A DNA stretch of 64,000 nucleotides from the NCBI RefSeq assembly GCF_009914755.1, contig NC_060938.1; one strand, 5' to 3'. Origin of the DNA: the human T2T-CHM13v2.0 reference genome, Homo sapiens. The notes beneath the pieces were generated by a model. The model was given only the letters and a program-made list of their open reading frames with translations, ran no database searches and was not told the DNA's origin. The first letter of the stretch is position 1. Each line of letters opens with the position of its first letter. This document shows positions 38,346-56,440 of the stretch, piece by piece. Made by a program: the position numbers and the translations under genes.

Positions 38346-38748
38346 TTTGCCTGTTTCCTTCCTGTCACCACCAGCCACTGTCCCCGCTCTCCTCACTTGT
38401 AGGAACTTTTCCTACCGCAGTTTCTGCCATTGCCCAGGGGGTTTGAGATATAGAGGAGCCATCCAGGGCCCTAACTCTGACGTTCTTTTTTTTCTTTTCT
38501 TTTCTTTTTTTTTTTTAGACAAAGTCTCACTCTTGGTCCCCCAGGCTCGAGGGCAATGGCACAATCTCTGCTCACTGCAACCTGCTCACTGCAACCTCTA
38601 CCTCCTGGGTTCAAGCGATTCTCCTGCCTTAGCCTCCCGAGTAGCTGGGATTACAGGCACCCACCACTACGCCCGGCTAATTTTTGTATTTTTAGTAGAG
38701 ACGGGGTTTCACCATGTTGGCCAGGCTGGTCTCGAACCCGTGACCTCA

Positions 38749-38853
<105 letters not shown>

Positions 38854-39339
38854 TTACCCCCATTTCTCCAGTGAACCTGCTCCAAAGCCCCTCCCTGGGT
38901 CTGGGCATCACTGGGAACCACTGTTTCCCGTCAGGCCCCATCTTTAATGTCCCTTCTTCCTTCCACAACTTCTTGTCTTTCCAGCTCTCCCCCCTCGGTT
39001 AATAAACAGGACATTTTTGTCCTGTCTCCAGGTGACATTCCACAGTTACCCACCAGGTGCGAACTCTGTAATGGTTTCTACCATCAACACGCCAGCCCCT
39101 GGCTGTTCCTTCTCTCTTCTCAGACTCATGCCCCTCTCCCTGGCACATCACGGAGCTCTTGGAGGTGGGTCTTTGCCCCCAGGAAATCTTGTCCAGCACT
39201 CTCACTAATAGAACTTGTGTGCAGATGACTCACGGAAGAGCCCGGCCAGGACTCAGCTCCAGACCTGGATGCTGAGCCTCATGAGCTTCCCCCCTGTCTC
39301 CAGCCCTCTTTGAGGGCTCGTTAGCCAGGTCACTGACTA

Positions 39340-39900
39340 TCCCACCTTAAAGAACCCCAAGCATCCCCACAACGGATCTGGCACTGAGTCCTGCCACTTC
39401 TGCCTCCTAAGTACCTCTTGAACCCAGCCACTTCCCTCCACCTTCATCCCCCGCTTCCACACAACCGTCAGCTCACCTGGAAGGCCTCCATAACCACCTA
39501 ACTGCTCCCTGCATATGGTCTGGTCTGTCTCCAAACTGTAGCCAGGGTGAGCTTTGAGAACACAGACCTGGCCCTATCTATTCCCTCCTCCCCACCCTCT
39601 GCAAATTCTAGCTGACTTCCCATCCTTCTAGGAGGAAGACAGAGCTCTTTAGGCCTGTGAGGCCCTGCAGGTCGCTGCTGCCTCCCCATACAGCGCCAGT
39701 TCCCACTGTGCTCCTATTTCTGTGTCTGGCGCACTCCCCATGACTCGCCCCCACGAGGCTGTGCAAATGCTGTTCCCTCTGCCTGGAACACCATTCCCTC
39801 TGTTCTTCTCTAATTAATTTTTAATGGATCTTCTGCTCACACATTTTCTTAGGAACCCCACCTGCCTCCCACCAGGCCAGGTGTCCTGTCATGGAGAGGT
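39340..39900. mobile_element. L2-like fragments
   Basis: gctgttccctctgcctggaacacc and cctgccacttctgcctcc-type L2 motifs; boundaries approximate. Confidence 0.55.
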
Positions 39901-40062
39901 TCTCAGAATGTGGTGCCCTCTCCTTCAGAGTACAGACCACATGTGCTCCTCTGCTTCCTCTAGCCCTCCAACCCCAAGTTCTTCCACTCCTGCTTCACCG
40001 CCTTTTCTGTCCAGCCTCCTCCTCTTCCTTCCTCAACAACATATTTCTTTTTTTTTTTTTGA

Positions 40063-40248
<186 letters not shown>

Positions 40249-40479
40249 TAGCCAGGATGGTCTTGATCTCTTGACCTTGTGATCCGCCCGCCTTGGCCTC
40301 CCAAAGTGCTGGGATTAGAGGCGTGAGCCACAGTGCCTGGCCTCAACAACGTATTTCTAATAGATCACCAAGCCTTGCAGATTTAGCATCCTAAATATTT
40401 GTTGACCTCGTCCCACAGTGATGTTGCTGTTAGGGCAATCTGACCATTTTCCTCCTCTATTTGAAAGCTTTCAGTGTCC

Positions 40480-40660
40480 CTCAGTAAAGCTGGAGCATGG
40501 ATTCTGGATCCAGGTGGCCTGGATTCAGATCTTAGCTCAGCCACTGCCTGTGTGACCCAGGGCAAGTCACTTACCCTTTCTATGCATCCAGTTCAGTATC
40601 TGTAGCATAGACATGAACATGTCTTCTTCATAGAGTGGTTATGAAGCTTAAATGAGCCAC
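40480..40660 (+). mobile_element. MIR-like SINE fragment
   Basis: gctcagccactgcctgtgtgacccagggcaagtcacttacc core. Confidence 0.65.
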
Positions 40661-40901
40661 TTCTGGTTTTGGAGATGGCTCAGGTGATAGCCTACCCCAT
40701 AGCAATTTATGCCCCCTCACTTGCTTGCCAGGCAGCAGGCTAGCTACTTTGCATGCAGTTTCTTAGTCCTCTCGACTCTGAAGTAGGTGTCTTTGGTCCC
40801 ACTGTACAGTTGAGAACACTGAGGCTTAGGAGAGGTAAGTCCTTTACTCAGGGTCACCCAGAGCAAGGGCCTCCAGGGCAGTTACACCCAGGTCTGGCTC
40901 A

Positions 40902-41213
<312 letters not shown>

Positions 41214-42469
41214 TCAAAAAAACAAACAAACAAAAAAAGAGACAGTCTCACTCTCTTGCCCAGGCTGGAGCACAGTGGCACAAACATGGTTCACTACACC
41301 ATCAGCCTCCTGGGCGCAAGTGATCCTTCTGCCTCAGCCTCCTGAGGAGCTGGGACCACAGGCATGTGCCACCACACCCAGCTAAATTTTATTTTTTTTG
41401 TAGAGATGAGGTCTTGCCATATTACCCAGGCTGGTCTTGAACTCCTGGACTTAAGGAGTCCTCCCACTGTGGCCTCCCAAAGTGCTGGGATTACAGGTGT
41501 GAGCCACCACAACTGCCCTTGGCTCATTCATTTTGATACATTTTCTCATTTTCATTCAGCTCAAAATATTTTTAAAATTTCCTTTTATTTCTTGACTCAT
41601 GGGTTATTTTTACATGTTTTACTTTTCAAATAGTTGGAGGTTTTTCAGATTTTTTTTGTTACTGATTTTTTTTTTTTTGAGACAGTCCCGCTCTGTCGCC
41701 CAGGCTGGAGTGCAGTGTCGCGTGCTCTTGGCTCACTGCAACCTCCGCCTCCTGGGTTCAAGCAATTCTCATGCCTCTGTCTCCCAAGTAGCTGGGATTA
41801 CATGCATGCGTCACCACACCTGGCTGACTTTTTTGTATTTTTGGTAGAGATGGGCTTTCACCATGTTCACCAGGCTGGTCTCAAACTCCTGGCCTCAAGT
41901 GATGTGCCTGCCTCGGTGTCGCAAAATCCTGGGATTACAGGAGTGAGCCACCATGCTATTATTGATTTCTAATATTTAATTCCATTGTGGTCAGAGAACA
42001 TACTTTGCATGATTTAAATCCTTTTAAATTTATTGGGCCTTGTTTAATGGCCCAGAATATGGTCTATTTTGTTTAAATGTTCTTTTTGAAAAATAATTAT
42101 GCTGAGAAAGATGCCAGTCAGTCATTTATATAAAATTTTAGAAAATGCAAACTAATCTATAGTGACAAAAAGCAGATCACTGGTTGCCTGTAGGAGGTGG
42201 GGCAGACAGGGGCAGGAGGGAAGGATCACAGGGACCTGAGGAAACTTTTGGATGATGAATCTTCATTATTTTGATTGTAGTGATGGTTTCCTAGGTATAT
42301 ACATATGTTGAAATACATCAAATTGTACTTTAAACATGTGCAGTTTATTGTTGTTTTTATTTTTTTGAGACAGGGTCTGTCACTCAGGCTGGAGTGCAGT
42401 GGCAAAATCTCGGCTCACTGCAGCCTCTGCCTCCTCAGTTCAAGTAACTCTCATGCTTCAGCCACCTAA

Positions 42470-42652
<183 letters not shown>

Positions 42653-42783
42653 TAATCAATGTTTAGCAAACCTTGTAGAAAGTTGAAGAAATGTTCAGGA
42701 TCAACCTATAGTTATATAGGAAAATTAAGTGGTTCATACTTAGGAAAGAAAAATTGTAAATCAGTGTAGTGTGGGAAAAGTAA

Positions 42784-42897
<114 letters not shown>

Positions 42898-45800
42898 TGA
42901 GACCATCCTGGCCAACATGGTGAAACGCTGTCTCTACTAAAAATACAAAAATTAGCTGGGCGTGGTGGCATATGCCTGTAATCCCAGCTACTCGGGAGGC
43001 TGAGGCAAGAGAACCGCTTAAACCCGAGAGCACGCCACTGCACTCCAGCCTGGTGACAGAGCAAGACTCCGTCTCAAAAAAAAAAAAAAAAAAATTCTGT
43101 CATTTCTTGGAGACACAGTTTCCGAGAAAGATGGCATCAGTTAAAGCACGGGTCTGGAGCCAGATTGTGAATTCTGGTCCTGCCACTCGCTGGCTGTGTG
43201 ACTGTGAGCAAGCTTCTCAGCCTCTCTGTGCTTTGGTCTAAATCTCTCTACAATAGGTGTGACCATAGAAGGGATGTGAAAGGGCCAGGCGAGGTAGCTG
43301 ATGCCTTTACTCCCAGCATTTTGGGAGGCCGAGGCGAGTGGATCACCTGAGGTCAGGAGTTAGAGACCAGCCTGGCCAACGTGGTGAAACCCCAGCTCTA
43401 CTAAAAATACAAAGAATTAGCCAGGCATGGTGGCATGCACCTGTAATCCCAGCTACTCAGGAGGCTGAGGCAGGAGAATCACTTGAACCTGAGGGGAGGA
43501 GGTTGCAGTGAGCCAAGATTGTGCCACGGCACTCCAGCCTGAGTCTTTTTTCTTTTTTCAAAAAAGAAAAAAGAAGGAAGGTGGGAGGACCCTGGGAGCG
43601 GGTGCTGGCCATTGATGTTTCAGAGTCGACCCTAAAGTGGATTTCCACGGAGCAACCCAGTTTTTCCATTGAGTAACTATAAAATCGGGATGCTTCAGTA
43701 CCAAAACTTCACCAAGCAAGTTTCAACCCATCCTTCAAAGGCCGGCTTGGGGTTGGTCACTTCTTGAATTCACCACATGCTGCCGCCGGGAAGCCGGCAA
43801 ACTCGTTCCCCTCCCCTCCCACTGTTGGCAGCACTGAGTGCGGCTGAAAAAAAATGTCTGGCCACATTGATAAGCCAGAAATGGAGCCTTACTGTTCATT
43901 ATTTGTCTGTTCACCATTCTGTTCATATCTGTTTACCAAAAGCCCATGTCCAGGCCCTGGGTCAAAGTGGGAGCAAAATTGGGTCCTGACCATTGTGGTC
44001 GAGGCAGGCATAAAGCCCCCACCACCTAAATATGTGGACTTAGAAACTCTTGAAGAGTGCTAGGATGGTGAGGGGCACCCCATGCACTGAGGAGGGCAGG
44101 TGCTGGCTGTGGGGAGGGAGTGTGGGGAAGGGCATGCAGGAGAGGGAGGGAACAGAGTTTGCAAGAGCCCTGAGGGTCTGCGGTGAAATATAGAAGGAAT
44201 ACTAGGAGTTAGCCAGGGAACAGTGAGAAGGCAAGAATTAAAAAGAAAATGGAGGCTGGAAAATTCCTTCAGTGCAGTGGGTAGGGGGACACGGAGCCCC
44301 TCTTGGGGCAGGGGTTGGCCACTGGAGCTGAAGTCAGAGGTAGGCAGGGGCCAAGGGACTGGAAACGTGGCCTGGAGATCATAGGAGGCATTGTGGCATC
44401 TTCCCAGGAGCTGCAGTCTGACCCGCATCCACTCTGACCGTGGTGTGTAGGAAGCACGCTTCCAATGAGACCTGAGGAGAGCCTGTCCCTGAAGAGTTGG
44501 TGGGTGTAGCAGGGGCAAACTTGGGAGAGGTCAGGGGAGCGAGTTAACAGGGTGAAGCACAGGAGCCCCAGAGGCTCCCGGGTGGGTGAGGCTGTGTTCA
44601 CCAGGGGAACATAGGGCTCAGGCAGATGATGGCAGGTGACCCTTGCCAATGGTTCAGTGTCACCTTTGTTGGACCACAGTGTCTGCTGCGCATCCACGTG
44701 GATGGGCCTCCAATGAACAGGATGCTGGGAACATGAGCAGGAATGTGGTAGAAGGGATGTATTGAGAAGGAAGGCAATGGGACAGGCATGGATGGGCACA
44801 AAGACGGTTCCCAGGATGGCAGTCTCAGTAGGGCCAGAAAGCCTGGGATCTCAGAGGAAGAGAGGCCTGGGGGACAGGAGGCTGTGCCTGTGAGAGGGTC
44901 CAGTCCTGGGGGTGCTTGGGTGTGGGAGCACCTGTGGGAGAGGGGTGGCGGGACTCTTTCTTCCCTATCACCCCTCACCTGCAGGCCTCCCTAGCCTCCC
45001 TCCTGCGGAAGCCTCAGTCTGCATCCCCTGGCATCTGCTCTGAGTCAGGCAGGGGACAGATGTGCGTGAGCCCCTCTGAGTAAAGCACAAAGAACTGACA
45101 GAGCAGAGGCAGCTCCCTCAGGAACTTCTGTTCTAGTCGGGGAGGGACAGGCCAGAAACATACAAACAAGTGGGATGCCTTTGGGCATGCTCCTGTCTCC
45201 TAGCAGAACCAGGGGTCCTGGACACGAATTTGAACTCCTTCCCCAAAGTACTGCCATTTTCCCTTGAACTCACCTTCAAATCTTCTGAGTCATCTTTGAC
45301 TCATCTCTTGCCTTCAGCCCCCACATTCTGACAGCTGACAAGTCTGGTGGATTTTTCCTTTAAAACGTTCTTTCTCTCTGTGCTTAGGGTCCTGCCCTGA
45401 TCCAGGCCCTCAGGGCCCCACACCATTTCCACTTCCAGCTGGGTCTTGCTGGGTTTATCTATTCTACATTCCCGTTTTCATCTGCCCACTTCCCAGTGCA
45501 GAAAACCCCTGGGCTCCCAGGACACTGAGCCTGTAGTCCCTCTCTTGGTATTCAAATCCCAGGGCCTGGCTGACCCCACCTCTGCCTGCAACACACACCT
45601 TCCTTGGGAGGCCCCCTCCTGTGCCCATCTCCATGCCTGATCTTGGTGCTCTCAGACCTGGAATGCTGGGCACCCACATGTCACCAAGGCACCTCCAGCC
45701 CTGCCCACAACCCACCTGAGTTCCCCAAGGCAGCCTAATGGGGCACCATGGTCAGACCTGACCAGGGGACCTGGTAATTTAAGAACATGGCAGAGAAATA

Positions 45801-46348
45801 GATACGGAGAAAAGGGAGGTAGGGGTGGGGTGTGCACCAAGAATATGTGGCTGCATTGTTTTCTGGTTTTGTTCCAGCCTCACCTCCTCCGAGCTCACAG
45901 CAGCTCCATTCTCTCGCCCCTCCCTCCAGCCTCCAGGGGCAGCAGATCCTGCTAAGTGCACTCAGGGCCCCTCAGATTCAACATTACAGCATTCCTTTTC
46001 ATTCACTCTGATTACTGCAGCAGCCCAAGGGTCTACGGTCTGCCCCCGATCATCTCTTCATGCTGGGTTGTTCTCCAAATGCACCTGGAACCTCTTGCGA
46101 TGCCCTTCTCCAGGCAAATACGTGTCTGCCAAGCTTGGCTTGGAAATCACCTGCTCTGGCCAAATTCACTCTGGATGCCTCCTCCACAGCTCTTAGTCCC
46201 TGGTGTGAATTGAAATTAGACTCTGTCTTTCTCGTCTCAAGACGCAGCACATGGCACACAGCCATCTATGTGTGCTGAATGGATAACTGAATTGCTTTCC
46301 AGCGGGACCAAATGGGAACCCTTCGCCCAAAGGCCGTGATAAACCTTT

Positions 46349-46366
46349 GGCGCCACCCACTGGCCA
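46349..46366 (-). promoter_or_regulatory. CTCF-like motif TGGCCAGTGGGTGGCGCC
   Basis: One mismatch to CCASYAGRKGGCRS, in non-repeat sequence. Confidence 0.5.
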
Positions 46367-47614
46367 GCTAATTGGTTGTATATGGGGCCTCCAGTTGGAA
46401 ATGTCTTTGAAGTTTAGGAATTTCATTTTTTCGTTATTCCCTGTGTATGGGAGAATCAGGAAAATGAGAATTATGTGACCTCCAGTATAGATCACCATCA
46501 TTAATGTTTCACCCTGAAAAGTTCATGGCAAAGCTTCTAGCCTTTCATGGAGTGGGAATGAAACTGTGTAAGAGAAGAAAGCAATTTTTTTTTTTCTTGA
46601 GACACAGTCTCGCTCTGTCGCCCAGGCTGGAGTGCAGTGGAGTGATCTCAGCTCACTGCAACCTCCACCTCCTGGGTTCAAGTGATTCTCTGCCTCAGCC
46701 TCCCGAATAGCTGGGATTATAGGCGCCCACTACCACACCTTGCTAATTTTGTATTTTTAGTAGAGACGGGGTTTCTCCATGTTGGCCAGGCTGGTCTCAA
46801 ACTCCTGACCTCAGATAAACCGCCCCCCTTGGCCTCCCAAAGTGCTGGGATTACAGGTATGAGCCACCGCGCCCAGCAAAAGCAATTTTTTTTAAAGAAG
46901 AAAGAATGGAGGGTTAAAAAAAAAAAAAAAGGAAAATTTGAAGCAAGCTGAGTCTTAAGGTAGAGAGAGCCAGGGATTGTGGATTGTGGACAGCCCTCCC
47001 TGCTCCTCCCCAAAACCTCCCAGGATCTCCCTTACGACTATAGGGTGGTGGGTTCAAAGTGGGGGTGGGTGCAGGCTGGCTCTCCCCTCCACTGCTGCTC
47101 CTGTTCTGGTCTTGGCCAATGCAAGAGCAGAGGCCTTTGAGTCCCCCCAAGGGCAACCTCTGGTTCAGCCAGTGGAAGAACAGGCCTAGCTGGTCCGTCC
47201 AGTGCCCAGAGGGCTTGTTTATCCTCAGATACCCCTCGAGGTGGGGTGGGTTAAAACTGAAACTAGAGGAGGAATGAGCAGATGTGATGTTCCTGCCTGG
47301 TAGGGGAGCTGATAGTTCCTTTGTCTACACTAGCCAGGGATCACCTGGCTGTCAGGAATTGCCTATGTGGCCAATTGACCAGGTAGTGGGTACCCTGATC
47401 AGGCCACCTTGTCACGAATGGGTTGTGAGTTTCAGTGCAGACTTCCTTATAGACTCTTGGGCTGGGCCTACCGGTCCTCTATAACCTGGTCCTGTCAGCT
47501 TCTGCCCTCATCTCCAAACCCTGCAATAAAAGGCCCTCCCACCCCAGCACCCGGCTAGTTCACACCTCTGCTCTCATGCTGTTCCTCTTCCCTGGAAAAT
47601 GGCCACTCCTTTAG

Positions 47615-48034
<420 letters not shown>

Positions 48035-48037
48035 TAA

Positions 48038-48178
<141 letters not shown>

Positions 48179-48988
48179 TGAGTAGCTGGGATTACAGTCA
48201 TGTGCCACCACACCCCGCTAATTTTTATATTTTTAGTAGAGACAGGGTTTCACCATGTTAGCCAGGATGGTCTCGATCTCCTGACTTCATGATCTGCCTG
48301 CCTTGGTCCCCCAAAGTGCTCTGTCGCCCAGGCTGGAGTGCAATGGCACGATCTTGGCTCACTGTAACCTCCGCCTCCGGGGTTCAAGTGATACAGTCCT
48401 TGAGCCGCTGCACCTGGCCAAGCTTCAGTTTTGTTGTCTGTAAAATGAGGAGTAGGGATGGGACAGTTGGACCAGGTGCCATTTCTATCTTAATGTAGTT
48501 CTAAACTCTTTCACTAGAGGACAGAAAAGCTAGGGTAGAAGTGGATTATTAAGTAGAGCTGAGCAAGAATGAGCTGAAACCTCCACACATTGCAAACACC
48601 CTGTACCTTCTCCAAAGTTAGAGCAAGCAAGCATTATGCAAATGTTTTATAAACTGATGTGTCCCAGTCCCAATTAATAAGTTGTGGCAAATCATAATGC
48701 TAAGTTCATACTTCGAGTGGCTAAGGGATATATAATAGCCAACTAAAAAAATTTCTAAGCTACTTCATAATGTATTATTCCAAGCAGCACTCCAAAGCAT
48801 ACAGCATGCTGCTTATAAATTGAAAACCTTTTCAACAATTTTGTATTTCACTTAAAAATGCAGGAGAGGCTGGGCACGGTGGCTCAAGCCTGTAATCCCA
48901 GCACTTTGGGAGGCCGAGGCATGCAGATCACCTGAGGTCAAGAGTTCGAGAGCAGCCTGACCAACATGGAGAAACCCCATCTCTACTA

Positions 48989-49180
<192 letters not shown>

Positions 49181-49576
49181 CTAACATTGCATTTCAGTCA
49201 ACATTCAATCTTGTTCCCCACATTAAAACAGCTAGCTAATTAAATGTGACACGTGTGTTTAGGGCTGGTGAAGAACACTCTGCTTTACGAAGGCCAGTGG
49301 CTGATGTTCTTACTAAGTGAGAAGGTGGACGCTTCATGCTTGCTTCTGTTTCCCAAGTGTCAGCCCGTTAGTGCTACTGCCCAGCGGCGGGTTTCCTGAT
49401 GTCCCTCCGTTCTCACAGGGACCCTGGGTTTCCTGTCATTAGTGGTATCTCTTCTAAATTCTGTTTTAAAATTCCAAAAATAAAATTATAATGTAGGCTG
49501 GGCATGGTGATTCACGTCTGTAATTCCAGCACTTCGGGAGGCCAAGTTGGGTGGAGAGCTTGAGTCCGGGAGTTCA

Positions 49577-49801
<225 letters not shown>

Positions 49802-49979
49802 TCAAAACAATTATTATGTAAAAATTTTCTCTTTAAAACCGAACAGCTGGTAAATCTCCCAGTGGTTTTTGAGGAAGGATAGCAGTGTTAGGAGCGTCAG
49901 GCTCACAGTGAATTCTCTCAGGGCTTGGTTCTGTCAGCTATTATTGGGCCACTGCAATGCAGCCTGGGCGACAGAGTGA

Positions 49980-50315
<336 letters not shown>

Positions 50316-51464
50316 TGATTTTAATTTGCATTTCTTTGATTAGTAATCCTATATTTTCATTATTTACTGGCCATGAGTTTAAATCCCTGCTCTGCTATCA
50401 CTCTATGTGACTTTGGAGAGACTACTTGACTTCCATGTACTTCAATTTCCTCATCTGTGAAGTTCCTCTCTAAAGAAACTGACCAGCTTCAAAGACGTAT
50501 AAACTCTGACATGGCGGGACGGGCTCTAATGAAATTCCTGTATCCTTACCCACAAATCACAAAGCTTCTAGTCAGTATTTTAGTACCTCCCATTCTTGTT
50601 CAATAAATTACCACGTGCTGGACACAGCCGGCTGGGGGCTGTGGCTCCAGAGATGCTTGAGGGAAGGTCAGTCACCAACTGTCCATCTCCTCCCAGCATT
50701 CAAAATTTGGTTCACTTCTCTCCCCTGCTGCTTTCTCCTCTCTCATTCTTTTGTCCTGTGGCTGCATGAGATACACACATATATAATGTTCACTGCCATA
50801 TTAGCAGGGCTCCAGAAGGAACACAGATGAATGCAAATGTTCCACCCACTGTGTCTAACCAGAGGCCAGAGTGACGTTCTAAGGCACTGAGTGTGACTGT
50901 TCCTCCAATGCTCAGCCCCTTCCGTGGTTCACTGTGACTTTTGGGTCAAGCCCAAACTCCTCAGCATAGCCTGCCCAGGCCCCTCCAACACTCCCCCATC
51001 ATCTCTTGCCACCACCACCCTCCTAGGGTTCAGTCACTCCAAACCCCACTGCCCGCTTCTTCACGCCCCTCCTGCCCACATTCCTCCCCACTTTTGCTTA
51101 TGCTGTCCTCCGTGAGTGGGTGCTCAAGGCGCAGCTCACAAGCCACCTCTTCTGGGAGCCCAAGGGATTGGATTGTCTTTCTCTTTTCTCCCACAGCACT
51201 TTGTCATATATGCGCTATAGCCCTGTATTATGATGATTGTCACATGCACTCCAGGCAGGGACCTGGGACTCTCTTGGACATTGCCTGGGCCTGTAGTGGA
51301 CCCTCAGTAGATGTCAATGCAGTGGATGGGTAGGCAGGGAATAAACAATAAAGAGAGTGACATTGTTTTAGCTTTCTGTGACTCCAACCACCGGTTGGTT
51401 GGATGGATGGTTAACATTAGCTAGAAATGTTTAGGATAGTAATTTTAAACCTTAGTCCACTTAC

Positions 51465-51675
51465 CAGTAGCCTAAGCAATATAAATGGCTGCAGATCCTT
51501 GTAGAGGTGTTGCCCTGCACCTTGGCTCTGTCTGAAGGCCAGTGACGCAGTGACAGGGAATGCAGAGACGTGGAAGGGCTGTTTCCAGAGACAGAGTAGA
51601 GTGGTGGATCCAGACACCAACAGATGCCAGAGAAACACTTGGGCCTTTTCTTGGTACCAGTTAACAGGTGCCCTG
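51465..51675 (-). CDS. HSP90AA1: Internal exon of the long (854-aa) HSP90AA1 isoform N-terminal extension; its first exon lies beyond the window
   Basis: 211 nt, tgttcccag|CAGG…CTACTG|gtaagt. Reads RAPVNWYQEKAQVFLWHLLVSGSTTLLCLWKQPFHVSAFPVTASLAFRQSQGAGQHLYKDLQPFILLRLL and ends in phase 0 onto the ATG at 35970. Matches the recalled isoform extension. Confidence 0.9.
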
Positions 51676-53106
51676 CTGGGAACATAAACACAATCTTCTG
51701 GACTTCCAAACCAAACATAACAGAGATAGGGCGGCAGAGGATGAACTTGGACAGCCCCAAGCAGGCATGCCCTGGCTTCCTTAGACTTCCTCTGTGACTG
51801 TCAAATGGATTAAAATATGTGATATGTTCTCTTCCTGCAGGAAGTTCAACTTGGGAAATGGACCAGGGTCCCAGTAAGGAGCTGGGCTTCTCTGTGGATG
51901 CTGTATGGCCTGATCCCCCACTCCAGCAGTGCTTCTCTGGGTGGCCAGGTGCTCTTGGACTGGGCTAGAGGGCCTGCAGCAAAAACTAGAACTTAGTTGT
52001 TATTATTCCAGGCTCCATTCAGACTTATCCTAATGACTCAACCAACTGCAGGAGAGCTGCACTGAAGGGTCTGGAATTCTGGTTGGGTTTCAAAGTTAGT
52101 GGCTAAGGGGAAAATTGAATCCAGGGGAAGTGTCCCCCTTGAAAGCCCCTTAGGAAAGTAAGCTAAATGCATCAATGACACGAGTTCCCTGTTCCACACT
52201 CTGTATGAAGAAGAGGCTCTGCCACGCATACGACTTGTGAGAGTTTCTCATCAAATGGGAATAGTAATGTCTACTTCCTATGATTATTCTAGAGACTAAC
52301 TTTAGATAAAATATGGGGAAATATAGTACATAATAAGCACTCAAGGCCGGGAGTGGTGGCTCACGCCTGTAATCCCAACACTTTGGAGGCCAAGGGGAGT
52401 GCATTGCTTAAGCCTAGGAGTTTGAGCCTAGCCTGGGCAACATAGTAAGACCCCCCAAAAAAGAAACAAAATAAAAAGAAGTGGGGGGCCAGGTGCAGTG
52501 ACTCACACATGTAATCCCAGCACTTTGGGAGGCCGAGGTGGGCAGATGACCTGAGGTCAGGAGTTTGAGACTAGCCTGGCCAACATGGTAAAACTCCATC
52601 TCTACTGAAAATACAAAAAAATTAGCCAGGCATGGTGGCACATGCCTGTAATCCCACCTACTCAGGAGGCTGAGGCACAAGGATCACTTGAACCCAGGAG
52701 ACAGAGGTTGCAGTGGGCCAAGATGGTGCCAATATACTCCAGCCTGGGCAGCAGAGCGAGACTCAGTCTCAAAAAAAAAAAAAAAAAAAAAAAGCAGAAG
52801 TGGGAGTTGATTTTTTTTTTTTTTTTTTTCAGATAGGGTCTCGGTTCTAGTGCAGTGGCATGATCATGATTCACTGCAGCCTCAACCTGCTGGGCTTAAG
52901 CGAGTCTCCTACCTCCTACCTCTGCTTCTCGAGTAGCTGGGACTACAGCCGCACACTACCATGTCTGGCTAATTTTAAGAAAAATGTTTTGTAGAGGTCA
53001 GGTGCATTGGTTCATGCCATAATCCCAGCATTTTGGAAGGCTGAAGCAGATGGACTGCTTGAGTCCAGGAGTTTGAGATGAGCCTGGGCAACATGGTAAA
53101 ACCCTA

Positions 53107-53391
<285 letters not shown>

Positions 53392-53749
53392 TCAAAACAA
53401 AAAAAAAAAAACAAAAACCCATCTCTACAAAAAAATATAAAAATTAGCCAGGTGTGGCGGTGTGCACCTGTGGTCTCAGCTAGTTGGGAGGCTGAGGGAG
53501 GAGAATTACTTGAACATGGGAGGTGGAGGTTGCAGTGAGCTGAGTTCGGATTACAGGAGGCGGAGGTTGCAGTGAGTTGAGACTGCACCACTGCACCCTG
53601 TCCTGGGTGACAGATTGAAATTCTGTCTCAAAAAAAAAAAAAAAGAAATTGTTAATGTGGGTTTGATACTTGGATGAATCTCATCAGCAGCCTTGTTCCA
53701 AACAACCTCTTAGGAGCCAATGATACTGATCATGAATGGAGTTGGTTTT

Positions 53750-54505
<756 letters not shown>

Positions 54506-55281
54506 GGCTTGGCGCAGTGGCTCACACCTGTAATCCCAGCACTTTGGGAGGCCAAGGTGGGCAGATCACGAGGTCAGGAAATCGAGACCATACTGCCTAA
54601 CATGGTGAAACCTCATCTCTACTAAAAAAAAAAAAAAAAAAAAAAATTCAGCCGGGTGTGATGGCACGCCCCTGTAGTCCCAGCTACTCAGGAGGCTGAG
54701 GCAGGAGAATCGCTTGAACCCGGGAGGTGGAGATTGCAGTGAGTGAGAACGTGCCACTGCACTCCAGCCTGGGCGACAGAGTGAGAGTCTGTCTCAAAAA
54801 AAAAAAAAAAAAAAAAAACAAACTTCATTCAACAAACACTGATCTAGTTTACAATGTCCAGGCGCTTTGCTAGGGCTGGGGATTCAAAGAACACCCAGTT
54901 CCTCGTCCTGGGAGCTCACTGTTGGAAAGACAGATGCAAGAACATGTACTTGTATACCCTGATGTAAAATAGCCTCAGGGAGTTATGGGGGCACAGTGAG
55001 GACGAGAAAAGGCTTCCCAAAGGCAAATGGCGCCTGAACTGAGTAGTAAGGAACAACCTGGGTCAGAGTGGAAGAAGGCATGCCAGATGGAGGGGACCGT
55101 GTGTGCAAAGGCACAAAGGTGAGAATCAGCATGGTAGGTGCTAGCGGTGGCTAGAGCACAGCTGGTAGGCATGGAGCTATGCAGGAAGAGGGCTTGCAAG
55201 GGAGACAGGGCCTGCATCTGCAAGGTGTGGGCTTGCCTGCCAGTGGGGAGTGTGTTCTCTGTCCACAGGGAAGGTCATTCA

Positions 55282-55791
<510 letters not shown>

Positions 55792-56112
55792 TCAGAAACA
55801 GCTTTCTCAATCAATGGTTCTTGACCACTAAAAGCATCTGTCCACAAAACTATTCATTTACTCCTGGAAGTTTTTCACTATTTTCATAACAATGGATATC
55901 AAAATCCATTTTTTGATCAAAGTATTTTGTTAGCTTTTGACTTTCAGTGAGCAGGGAAGAGCCATCATTTAATCAAGAACCTTTTGTTCTGTCAGCTAAT
56001 ATCAAGTAGGGAGCTTCTTTAAAAAGAAATCCTGATTATGCAATCATGAATAATCATGATGAAGATGAAAAGAGGGAAGTAGTAATGGAAACCAGTGTGC
56101 CCGCCTGAGCTC

Positions 56113-56440
56113 CCTGTTGAGCTAATTTTTTTTTTTTTTTTTTTTTTGAGACAGAGTCTCTCTCTGTCGCCCGGGCTGGAGTGCAGTGGCACAACTCAGC
56201 TCACTGCAACCTCCGCCTCCCAGGTTCAAGCGATTCTCCTCCCTCAGCCTCCCGAGTAGCTGAGATTACAGGCGCCTGCCACTACGCCCAGCTGAGTTTT
56301 GTATTTTTAGTAAAGATGGGGTTTCCCCATGTTGGCAAGGCTGGTCTTGAACTCCTGACCTCAGGTGATCTACCCACCTCGGCCTCCCAAAGTGCAAGGA
56401 TTACAAGTGTGAGCCGCTGCGCCCACCCTGTTGAGCTAAT
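56113..56440 (-). mobile_element. Full-length Alu with TSD
   Basis: TSD cctgttgagctaat at 56113-56126 and 56427-56440. Confidence 0.88.
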
